DNA of 64,000 nucleotides from Gemmatimonadales bacterium. Lineage in GTDB: Bacteria; Gemmatimonadota; Gemmatimonadetes; Gemmatimonadales; GWC2-71-9. The position numbers and the translations under genes are program-made. Within the stretch, counting starts at the first letter, position 1, and each line of letters begins with the position of its first letter. The notes under the pieces were generated by a model. It had not been told where the DNA came from. It was given only the letters and a program-made list of their open reading frames with translations, and searched no databases. The stretch covers positions 121,447-185,446 of the forward strand of contig CBDFJJ010000005.1 of NCBI GenBank assembly GCA_965248285.1, in the 5' to 3' direction. Shown here one piece after another: positions 18,099 through 26,476 of this stretch.

Positions 18099-19294
18099 CG
18101 TCCAAACCTAAAGGGCGGCACATACGTAACCCGAATCGCAGGCTCCATGCCAGCCATCCGGGTCGACGCGAGACGAAGCTGCGCCGGCGAAACGCCCTCG
18201 AGCTCGAGATGCACAACCAGCGATCGAACCTGGTCGGGGAAGGCCTGCCAAAACACCAACAGACCAGAGATGTCGATCGATACGGTATCGGTCGAACCGA
18301 CGCCAACCGGCGTCCGCATGAGCAGTGAATCAGGGGTCGAGACGATTGGCGATTTCGCGCCGAAATCAGCACCTAACCCTTCCGCGACTACCAAGAGCGT
18401 GTCCCCCGGTGCGCCGAGTACCGGTTCCGCCGGAACGAACAGCAGGGTGGCGCGGACGATCTGGGACGAATCCACGATGACCGCCGGAAGATTGACTCGC
18501 AGGAACGTTCTCGCCGCGGGAGTACCGCCGACCAAAAGGGCGCCCGCCGACGGCCCCGGAAGATCAGTATCGACGAATGCGTCGAAGTCCGATTGACGTG
18601 GGTCCGCACGCTCGAGCGAATCTACGCCCGATTCCACTAGTACGTGGCGCGTAAGCTGAGCGCCAAAAGACGTCTCACGAGTTCTGAAATTCGCGAAGGC
18701 CGGTGTTGCGCCGCGAATGGAGAGTCCCAACACAACCTGGTTGTTGTTTGCTTTCAAATCTGGAAACGCGTCGCCGGGAAGGATTGTGGACACCGTGTCT
18801 TCGGTAACCGCGTCGGGGATCGCCAGCGTGCCGATGATCGTACTGTCCTCGAAAAACGGGGCCAGCTCCGTAAAGTCTCCGAGGAGGTCCGCCGATGGAT
18901 CGATACGATGCACCGTTACTTGCAGCCCGGTCACGTCGGGACTGCGCCTCAGCAGAACGAGATCGAGCTGGAAAGAATCTAGTCGCACGACCTCTCCGAA
19001 ACCGGTCGAGTCGACTGGGATGGTGTCGCTGAAGCGTACAAAGCTGATGATCCCACGACTCTGGACACCTGCTCCGCCGCCCGCGATCTGCATCGCGCGT
19101 GCCGCATCCGCTTCTACATATCCCGTGAAAGACGTGTCGCCTTCCAACACCCCGGTGAGCACCGTGTCGATGATTTCGATCTCGGCGTCAGGACAGAAGT
19201 CCGGGCAGGAGCCGGGCGTGGTGAGGCTTGGCTCACACGCTACAGCCCCCATCGCGATCCCGCCGATCAAAGCAAATCGGTGGCGTATTTCCAT
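18095..19294 (-). CDS. hypothetical lipoprotein
   Basis: 399-aa ORF coupled to the downstream OMP gene. Lipobox-like GAVAC near the N-terminus. No recognisable catalytic motif. Confidence 0.5.
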   Translation of the reverse strand: MEIRHRFALIGGIAMGAVACEPSLTTPGSCPDFCPDAEIEIIDTVLTGVLEGDTSFTGYVEADAARAMQIAGGGAGVQSRGIISFVRFSDTIPVDSTGFGEVVRLDSFQLDLVLLRRSPDVTGLQVTVHRIDPSADLLGDFTELAPFFEDSTIIGTLAIPDAVTEDTVSTILPGDAFPDLKANNNQVVLGLSIRGATPAFANFRTRETSFGAQLTRHVLVESGVDSLERADPRQSDFDAFVDTDLPGPSAGALLVGGTPAARTFLRVNLPAVIVDSSQIVRATLLFVPAEPVLGAPGDTLLVVAEGLGADFGAKSPIVSTPDSLLMRTPVGVGSTDTVSIDISGLLVFWQAFPDQVRSLVVHLELEGVSPAQLRLASTRMAGMEPAIRVTYVPPFRFGR

Positions 19295-19317
19295 CTAGTG
19301 CATCCGTGTCCGTTTCA

Positions 19318-19707
19318 TTACGGAGCCAGATCTTCAGCTCCGAACGGGTCGGGCATCAAATCGCCCATCATCCAGCGGCGCGACCCCGATGGCCCCACGG
19401 CCTCGATCACCAAGTCGGCGGCCATCTCCGACAACACCTGGCGACACGCGCCGCACGGGGCCGACGGAGGCGTCGCCTCCGATACCACCACCAGCCGGTC
19501 GAACTTCCTCGCGCCGGCGGCGATCGCGGCGCCCAGCGCCACGCGTTCCGCACAGTTCGTCACCCCAAAGGAGGCGTTCTCCACGTTGGCACCGACAAAG
19601 ATACGCCCCTCCGTGTCCTGCAACGCCGCCCCAACCCTGAATCCGCTGTATGGGGCGTAGGCGTTCGCCTGAGCCTCGGTGGCGGCCTGGACCAGCCGAT
19701 CCTTCAT
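19318..19707 (-). CDS. cdd: cytidine deaminase
   Basis: 129 aa with the CAERVA and PCGACRQ zinc-binding motifs. Confidence 0.9.
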   Translation of the reverse strand: MKDRLVQAATEAQANAYAPYSGFRVGAALQDTEGRIFVGANVENASFGVTNCAERVALGAAIAAGARKFDRLVVVSEATPPSAPCGACRQVLSEMAADLVIEAVGPSGSRRWMMGDLMPDPFGAEDLAP

Positions 19708-19722
19708 CCATTGCTCCGCGGT

Positions 19723-20895
19723 TCAACCATAGATCTCGGGGAGAAAAGATAGCCCAATCTCCGCTTCCAACCCGAAATAGTCCGCCACAGTCGCCCCCAC
19801 ATCGACAAACGCCCTCGACCCGAGGGCGGCAGGGCGGACTCGTGGACCGGTAACCAGGATCGGGACCGCCTCGCGGGAGTGGTCGGTGGACGATCCTGTT
19901 GGGTCGTTCCCGTGGTCCGCAGTGAGAATCATCAGATCCTCATCCCGAAGCAACCCAACCAGGTCGGGCAACCGCCGATCCAACTCCGCCAACCCCCCAT
20001 AAAACCCCGGTATGTCGTTCCTGTGCCCCCAGGTCTGGTCGAACTCGATGACGTTGGCGAGCAAGAACCCCGACTCCATGGTGTGGAGGGCGTTACCAAT
20101 GAATGTATAGGCATCCTCGTTCACGGCGGTGTGCCGGCTGGCGATGCCGCGCCCGGCAAACAGGTCGTCGACCTTTCCTACCCCGATCCGCTGCACGCCC
20201 GCGCCCGCCAGGCGATCCAACAGCGTGGGAGCGGTGGGCTCGAGCGAGAAATCCCTGCGATGCTCGGACATTCGGTGGAAGGAACCCGGGTCACCCACAA
20301 AAGGCCGGGCGATGACCCGGGCCACGCCGTGGTCGCCCCTCAGGATCTCTCTGGCTGCCTGTGCCCCGGCGTACAGCTCGTCGAGTGGAATCAGCTCCTC
20401 GTGGGCCGCGATCTGGAAAACGCTGTCGGCCGATGTATAGAGAATCCACGCACCGGTCTCGAGATGCTCGACGCCGTATTCTTCGATCACGGCGGTGCCC
20501 GACGCTGGCCTGTTGGCCAGCACGCCCCGGCCGGTGACCTGCGCAAACCGATCGACGATTTCCGTAGGAAAGCCGTTGGGGTACACGGGAAAGGGCCGAT
20601 CCAGGATCACACCGCACAACTCCCAATGCCCGGTGATCGAGTCTTTGCCGAGGGACTCCGGCACGGCTATGCCGTGGGCGGCTTTGGGGTTCGAGCAGCT
20701 CATCCCGTCGAGCTGCCGGCAACATCCGAGTCCCAACGCGTCGAGGTATGGCAAGTCCAAACCACCCACCGCGCGCGCCACGTTGCCAAGCGTGTTGCTT
20801 GCCGCGTCGCCGTATTCCTCAGCGTCGGGCGCCGCACCGATCCCAACACCATCGAGGACGATGAGCGCCACCCGTCCCGATTGGGAATGATTCAC
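19723..20895 (-). CDS. deoB: phosphopentomutase
   Basis: RVALIVLDGVGIG N-terminus and TADHGNDPT motif. Start proposed at GTG 20895, overlapping the alr stop (GTGA), rather than the track's ATG 20967. Confidence 0.8.
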   Translation of the reverse strand: MNHSQSGRVALIVLDGVGIGAAPDAEEYGDAASNTLGNVARAVGGLDLPYLDALGLGCCRQLDGMSCSNPKAAHGIAVPESLGKDSITGHWELCGVILDRPFPVYPNGFPTEIVDRFAQVTGRGVLANRPASGTAVIEEYGVEHLETGAWILYTSADSVFQIAAHEELIPLDELYAGAQAAREILRGDHGVARVIARPFVGDPGSFHRMSEHRRDFSLEPTAPTLLDRLAGAGVQRIGVGKVDDLFAGRGIASRHTAVNEDAYTFIGNALHTMESGFLLANVIEFDQTWGHRNDIPGFYGGLAELDRRLPDLVGLLRDEDLMILTADHGNDPTGSSTDHSREAVPILVTGPRVRPAALGSRAFVDVGATVADYFGLEAEIGLSFLPEIYG

Positions 20896-22034
20896 GTTGG
20901 AGAGTAATGACGTGGCAGCCGCGATCCGAGACCAACTAGGATTTCGTACGAAATCGTTCCCGCCCACCCCGCAAACTCGTCGAGCGTGATCTCACCTGCG
21001 CCGTCGGTACCAATCACCGTAACCACGTCTCCCACCGTGATGTCGTCCCCGACGCTGGGTCCCAGATGCACCATCGTCATGTCCATCGTGATGCGCCCCA
21101 CGACAGGAAACCGTCGCCCTCGAACCAGCAGGGCGGCTCGGCCTTGCGCGGCACGGGGGAGGCCGTCGGCGTAACCAATGCCGATCGTCGCCACGGTGCT
21201 CTCTTCGTCAGCCGCCCATTCGCCACCGTAGCTCACGGTCTCGCCGGCCCGTACTCGTCGAAGACTCACCACCCGCGCTCGAAGCGAAACCACCGGAGAG
21301 GGTGTCGGCAGCGCGTTGCCGATCTCCCCACCGAACAAGAAGATACCGGGCCGAACGAGATCGAATTTATCCTTCACCCGCCAGACGCCCGCACTGTTGC
21401 ACACATGCACCAGCTGCGGCTGTTCGGTAAATGCACTCAACGCATCCCGGAAGCGATCCAGCTGTAACAAGACTGTTGCGCCACTTTCATCGGCCGAGTG
21501 AAAATGGGTGAAGACCCCCTCCGGCGTGGACGCGACGACTGCCGCCAGCGTGGTGGTGTCATCCCATCGCACTCCGGCACGGGACATTCCCGTATCGATC
21601 TCGCAATGATACGGACGGCCTGGTGGCCATTGCCCAATGACACTGGGGTCGTCGAGAACCGGTCGGAGGTTGTGCTCGAGCATGGTGCCGAGCTGCACGG
21701 CGCTTGCGGGCGTAAACACGACCACCGGTCGCTCGACGCCGATCTCGCGCAGCTCGCGACCCTCATCCATCGTCGCCACGCCAAAGCCCCACGGATCGAG
21801 CGACTCGAGCGCACGCACGACCGCCTGGACGCCGAGTCCGTAGCCATTCGCCTTGACCATGGGAAGGAGGGCAGCGTTATGCGCCGTACGGCGCACGGCC
21901 TGGGCGTTTGCGACGAGGTTACCACGGTGACAACTCTTCGTTCCCTCGACGGCGTCGTCGACCCGGTGATCCCGAGCCCCACCGGCGGCGGGCTCTACGC
22001 CGAACGCTACATCCCGGTTGCCATGCGAGAGCAA
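20892..22034 (-). CDS. alr: alanine racemase (start uncertain)
   Basis: PMVKANGYGLG PLP-lysine motif and a conserved C-terminal domain. The track ORF (481 aa) is too long. Candidate starts are TTG 22034 and GTG 21899. Confidence 0.75.
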   Translation of the reverse strand: MLSHGNRDVAFGVEPAAGGARDHRVDDAVEGTKSCHRGNLVANAQAVRRTAHNAALLPMVKANGYGLGVQAVVRALESLDPWGFGVATMDEGRELREIGVERPVVVFTPASAVQLGTMLEHNLRPVLDDPSVIGQWPPGRPYHCEIDTGMSRAGVRWDDTTTLAAVVASTPEGVFTHFHSADESGATVLLQLDRFRDALSAFTEQPQLVHVCNSAGVWRVKDKFDLVRPGIFLFGGEIGNALPTPSPVVSLRARVVSLRRVRAGETVSYGGEWAADEESTVATIGIGYADGLPRAAQGRAALLVRGRRFPVVGRITMDMTMVHLGPSVGDDITVGDVVTVIGTDGAGEITLDEFAGWAGTISYEILVGLGSRLPRHYSPT

Positions 22035-24266
22035 TTCGCGCAACAGCGAGACATACTGTTCATCCCCCTGCCCGAGGGGCCGGAGCGACCGATCCTGCCG
22101 ACCTCCGGTCGCTCTTACTATTCGCACCGAGAACCGAGGTTCGCCGTAGCCGGTGACAACGAAACGATGTACGCCGGTAATCTCGGGCGCTTGTGGAAGA
22201 TCGACCTGCCCGGTGGCAGCCGCACCCCCCTTCCCTTCCGCGCCCGAGTGACGCTCGCGATCCGCGACCCCATCCCACCACCGAGGTGGAATCCGATCGA
22301 GCCCGGAACTGCGGCCCCGGTGAAAACGATCCAGCAACCCCGACTCTCCCCGGACGGGTCCCGTCTGGTGTTCCGCGCGGTGGGACGCCTCTGGCAGCAG
22401 CCACTCCCGAATGGAAAAGCGTCCCTTGTAGTCGACGATCCGAGGGGCGTATTTGACCCGGCGTTCTCACCAGACGGGCGCAAACTCGCCTACATCATCG
22501 GCAACCCGCGTCGGGAGCGGTACCCGGGGACGGCGGCGGGGAGGCACGAGATCCGGATCTTCGACTGGCAGACCGGGCAGACACGCACCTTGGTACCGCC
22601 GGATGAGTGTGGGTATGAAGATCTGACCTGGAGTCTCGACGGCAAGTTGATAGCGACGGGTTGCGATCGCCAGACGATCGCTATCGATCCGACCGAGGGG
22701 ACCGTCGGCCCGTTGGCGGATGCGCGCGCGGCGGAGGCCTACCCCCAGCTCGCAGCGGATGGTCAGACCCTCTACTTCGAGGGCGACGTCCCGAACACCC
22801 GGAACAGCCGGATCTACCGCTTGCGTCTCAGCGAGCCGAGCGAGCCGGAGCCGCTGCTGACGGTGGGGCGCGGGGAGATCTTTCGGATATCGCCTGATGC
22901 AGCGTGGGTGGCGCTGCCGGCTCACAACCGGCTAGGCATCAGGCTTGCGCCGCTTGGTGTGGGACGGGTCGACGAGGCAGATGTTCGGCTGTTCAGCACG
23001 GAAGGCGGCAGTGACTTCAGCTTCACCCCAGATGGATCTGCCTTGCTGTACGTTGCCGGCAACAGGTTGTGGCGCCAGCCGCTCGGGGGCGGGGAACGGG
23101 AAGAGATCCCCGTCCGACTCGAAGCGCGGGCTCCGACGCCCCCGCCGGTGCTGCTCCGGAATGCCCGGGTGTTGGACTTTGCCGCCGGCGGCTTTGGCTC
23201 GGAGACCTCGCTGTTGATCGACGGCGGGCGCATCCAGTGGATCGGCTCGGCACGGGGCCAACAGCTTCCGCCGGAGACAGTGACGCTGGATGCTCGAGGC
23301 CGGTTTGCCATTCCCGGACTTTTCGACATACACGGACACTTCGGGGGGTGCGGATGGGCCGAGTATGTTGCGGTCGGCGTCACGTCGGTGCGCAACATGG
23401 GGGGATGGCTCCCGGTTGCGAACGCACAGGCCGATCGAGGCGATTTCAGCAACGACCCCGTGACCCGCTGCTTTTACACGGGTGAGTTGTTCGAAGGTCT
23501 ACAGGGACGAAAGAGCGACGCGTTTATTCATCTGTACGACGAAGACGACGCCCGCGCCCATGTCCGTTTGTGGAAGGAGCTAGGCGCCCAATTCATCAAA
23601 CTCTATTGGGTGCTCCCGTGGCCGCTCCACCGAGCAGCCGCGGACGAGGCACGCCGTCTCGGACTCCCGGTGACCGCCCACGGCATCATTCTGGACGAAG
23701 CGGTCAAGGGAGTAACGCTGGGCTATACCGCGTTGACGCACTGGAGTCCCGTCTACGACGATGTGCTCCAGTTGTTCGCCGCGGCTGGGACGCGCTGGGA
23801 CCCCACCCTGGGAGTCGCCTCCGGCGGCGGCGAGTTGTTACGACGCGATGAGCCCGAACGGGCCGGGGGAGTCCAACCGGGCCCGTTCAGCGGTCTGGGA
23901 GACGACGCACTGCGAGGACGATGGGTGGCCGTTCTGCGGAGTATCCGTACGGCCTATCGCCGCGGCATCACGCTCCTGCCGGGGACCGACTACGGACCCA
24001 ATGCACCAGCTCTTCACTGGGAGTTGGAGTTCTTTGCCGAGGCGGGTATCCCACCGCTCGACGTGCTGCGGTTCGCCACTCAAGCCTCAGCGGCGACCGT
24101 GGGTGCGGGCGACGACCTCGGCACCCTGGAGGTCGGCAAGCTCGCCGACATAGTGTTGCTCGACGCGAATCCGCTAGAACGCATCCGCAACACACGATCT
24201 GTCTGGCGGGTGATCAAAGGCGGATGGGTGTTCGATCCAGAGGAGTTGCGGCCGCCCGGGAATTGA
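22023..24266 (+). CDS. amidohydrolase with N-terminal TolB/PD40-like beta-propeller repeats (start uncertain)
   Basis: Repeated LSPDGSRLVF / FSPDGRKLAY / FTPDGSALLY propeller motifs, then IPGLFDIHGHF...LPGTDYG...VGKLADIVLLDANPL amidohydrolase motifs. The first roughly 175 codons of the track ORF are antisense to alr and rejected. Confidence 0.7.
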   Translation: MREQFAQQRDILFIPLPEGPERPILPTSGRSYYSHREPRFAVAGDNETMYAGNLGRLWKIDLPGGSRTPLPFRARVTLAIRDPIPPPRWNPIEPGTAAPVKTIQQPRLSPDGSRLVFRAVGRLWQQPLPNGKASLVVDDPRGVFDPAFSPDGRKLAYIIGNPRRERYPGTAAGRHEIRIFDWQTGQTRTLVPPDECGYEDLTWSLDGKLIATGCDRQTIAIDPTEGTVGPLADARAAEAYPQLAADGQTLYFEGDVPNTRNSRIYRLRLSEPSEPEPLLTVGRGEIFRISPDAAWVALPAHNRLGIRLAPLGVGRVDEADVRLFSTEGGSDFSFTPDGSALLYVAGNRLWRQPLGGGEREEIPVRLEARAPTPPPVLLRNARVLDFAAGGFGSETSLLIDGGRIQWIGSARGQQLPPETVTLDARGRFAIPGLFDIHGHFGGCGWAEYVAVGVTSVRNMGGWLPVANAQADRGDFSNDPVTRCFYTGELFEGLQGRKSDAFIHLYDEDDARAHVRLWKELGAQFIKLYWVLPWPLHRAAADEARRLGLPVTAHGIILDEAVKGVTLGYTALTHWSPVYDDVLQLFAAAGTRWDPTLGVASGGGELLRRDEPERAGGVQPGPFSGLGDDALRGRWVAVLRSIRTAYRRGITLLPGTDYGPNAPALHWELEFFAEAGIPPLDVLRFATQASAATVGAGDDLGTLEVGKLADIVLLDANPLERIRNTRSVWRVIKGGWVFDPEELRPPGN

Positions 24267-24278
24267 AGACGAGGGATT

Positions 24279-24377
24279 CAGATTTCAGATTGCAGATTGC
24301 AGATTGCAGATCTCAGATTGCCCTTCCACCCCCCAGTGCACCGTAGTGCATCGCCCAATCTGCCATCTGAAATCTAG
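24279..24377. repeat. heptad dyad: (CAGATTG)x6 left arm, 35-nt loop, start of (CAATCTG)n right arm
   Basis: cagattt cagattg x3 cagatct cagattg (24279-24320), a loop, then caatctg ccatctg aaatcta (24356-24376). The array is cut by IS5-like copy 1 at CTAG. Confidence 0.9.
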
Positions 24378-25690
24378 CAGGTTGCGGAAAAATTGATGGT
24401 GAGCCGCGTTTGTCCGGGTAACACGACGGTGTACCAGCGTGCGGTCCCCTATTACCGCCCCCGCGGTGCGGTCGGCGTGACGAATGCGGCCCACACTGCC
24501 CCATCAGGGGCTGCCTCCGGCCAGGGTCAGGGTGCGTATCCGCATCAGATTGTAGACCGCGGCCGTGAACGTAAACACCCACCCGACCCGCGGGGTCCCG
24601 CGATGTCGGAGTTTGCGTAACAACCCAATCGTCTTGCCCCACCCGTAGATCTCTTCCACTTTTTTGCGCTGCCGTTGACTGATCGCATAGCTGGGATGGC
24701 GCGTCGTCCGGCCATCCACCGCGCTCCGCAACCGCGTGCGGTGCACGTTCGGCGTGACGTGGGGCGTCCAGCCCAACGCCCGCAGCGTGTCGACAAACCC
24801 GCACCGATCATAACCCTTGTCCGCCCCCAACGTCCGACGCCGGGCCGTCGGCGGTAAGCTCCCCACCATCGCCAGCGCACTCGCACACTCCGCCTCGTAG
24901 CCGGGCTGCGTCACGTCGGTCGCCACCACGAGCCCGTGCCGATTATCCATCAACACACTCGCCAAGTACGCCAATTGCGCGCCTTGCCCCCCACTCTTCC
25001 GCGTCAACCGCGCCTCCGGGTCCGTCCGCGACGCATGCGTCGCATTCGTCCGTTTCTCCTGGCGAAACGTCACGCTCGGATTCCCCGGATCATCGTCCGT
25101 TGGCGGGCGGGTGCCGGCCTTCGGCTGAAAACTCTTCTGACTCGCCCACGCGTCCAGCAAGGTCCCGTCGACGGTGAAATGCTCATTCGACAACAACGCC
25201 CGCCGCTCCGCCTCCTGTAACACTTCGGCCAGAAACGCATCCGCGATGCCCCCCTCGACCAGCCGCGTCCGATTCTTCGTAAAGACCGTCGGCACCCACA
25301 CCGCGTCGTCCAGATTCAACCCCACAAACCATCGGTACAGGATGTTGTAATCGAGCTGCTCCATCAGCTGCCGCTCGCTCCGGATCGTATACACCACCTG
25401 CAGCAATAACGCGCGTAACAAATGTTCCGGGGGAATCGACGGCCGGCCCCGCCGCGCGTACAGCCGGTCCAACTGCGGCGAGAGCCGGGCTAACACCGGG
25501 TCCACCAGCGCCCGCAGGGCGCGCAACGGATGGTCGGAGGGCACCCGATCCTCCGCACTGATATAGCTGAACAGCGCCGACTGATTCGTCTTGTTCCCGC
25601 GCATCGTGGCACTCCCATCGAGGTCCCTCTACGATAAGAACTTCCGGCTCGCGATGCTATCGTCCATTACCCGACTTTTTCCGCAACCTG
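24378..25690 (-). mobile_element. IS5-family insertion sequence, copy 1 (1313 bp)
   Basis: 15-bp perfect terminal inverted repeats CAGGTTGCGGAAAAA. CTAG on both flanks (24374-24377 and 25691-25694). Confidence 0.9.
24504..25604 (-). CDS. IS5-family DDE transposase
   Basis: 366 aa. N-terminal FSYISAEDRVPSDHPLR...GRPSIPPEHLLRALLLQVVYTIRSERQLMEQLDYNILYRWFVGL is typical of IS5-group transposases. Confidence 0.9.
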   Translation of the reverse strand: MRGNKTNQSALFSYISAEDRVPSDHPLRALRALVDPVLARLSPQLDRLYARRGRPSIPPEHLLRALLLQVVYTIRSERQLMEQLDYNILYRWFVGLNLDDAVWVPTVFTKNRTRLVEGGIADAFLAEVLQEAERRALLSNEHFTVDGTLLDAWASQKSFQPKAGTRPPTDDDPGNPSVTFRQEKRTNATHASRTDPEARLTRKSGGQGAQLAYLASVLMDNRHGLVVATDVTQPGYEAECASALAMVGSLPPTARRRTLGADKGYDRCGFVDTLRALGWTPHVTPNVHRTRLRSAVDGRTTRHPSYAISQRQRKKVEEIYGWGKTIGLLRKLRHRGTPRVGWVFTFTAAVYNLMRIRTLTLAGGSP

Positions 25691-25712
25691 CTAGAATCTG
25701 AAATCTGAAATT
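25691..25712. repeat. distal part of the CAATCTG heptad arm (after the IS)
   Basis: ctag aatctga aatctga aatt continues the heptad phase interrupted at 24377. Confidence 0.8.
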
Positions 25713-25732
25713 ATTCGTTCTCATCTTGTTGT

Positions 25733-26476
25733 TTGGGTCTTTCCCGTGTCAATTCAGATATGACCAGGGTCGGCGTGATGGCCGCGACTGCGTGCGTGGC
25801 ACTGTTAACTTCGAGTTTACCAGTCGCGAGTGCGCAATCCCCTGATCGGCGAGAGGAACGCGACCGCATGGTGCAAAACATCGTGCGGTATGGCGTGCGC
25901 GATTCCGCCACCCTCGACGCGATGGCGCGCGTTCCCCGACACGAGTTCGTTCCCCCGGAACACCGCGCGCAGGCCTACGAAGACCACCCGCTCCCCATCG
26001 GACTCGGCCAGACCATCTCGCAACCGTACATCGTGGCCTACATGACCGAGATGCTCGAGCTGCGGCCGGGCATCAAGGTGCTCGAGGTCGGCACCGGATC
26101 CGGCTACCAGGCCGCCGTGCTCGACGCGGTCGGGTGTGAGGTCTTCACCGTCGAGATCTACGAAGCGCTTGCGCGGAGCGCCCGCGACCGGTTGCAGCGG
26201 CTTGGGTTTACCCGCGTGACTACCCGCCATGCGGACGGACACTTCGGCTGGAGCGAGGAGGCACCGTTCGACGCCATCATCGTGACCGCAGCCGCGGGGT
26301 TCATTCCGCCGGCGCTGGTGGAGCAACTCCGGCCCGGCGGGCGGATGATGATCCCGGTGGGCAACCCGTTAGGCGTGCAGAACCTGATCCTGGTCACGAA
26401 AAACGAAGAGGGAGACGTCCGGACCCGGGCGGTCCTGCCGGTGCGTTTCGTCCCCATGGTGTCCGGCATCAGGTGA
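25733..26476 (+). CDS. pcm: protein-L-isoaspartate O-methyltransferase with N-terminal signal-like segment
   Basis: VPRHEFVP, GQTISQPYIVA and LEVGTGSGYQAAVL motifs. An alternative start at 25760 gives MTRVGVMAATACVALL... Confidence 0.85.
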   Translation: MGLSRVNSDMTRVGVMAATACVALLTSSLPVASAQSPDRREERDRMVQNIVRYGVRDSATLDAMARVPRHEFVPPEHRAQAYEDHPLPIGLGQTISQPYIVAYMTEMLELRPGIKVLEVGTGSGYQAAVLDAVGCEVFTVEIYEALARSARDRLQRLGFTRVTTRHADGHFGWSEEAPFDAIIVTAAAGFIPPALVEQLRPGGRMMIPVGNPLGVQNLILVTKNEEGDVRTRAVLPVRFVPMVSGIR

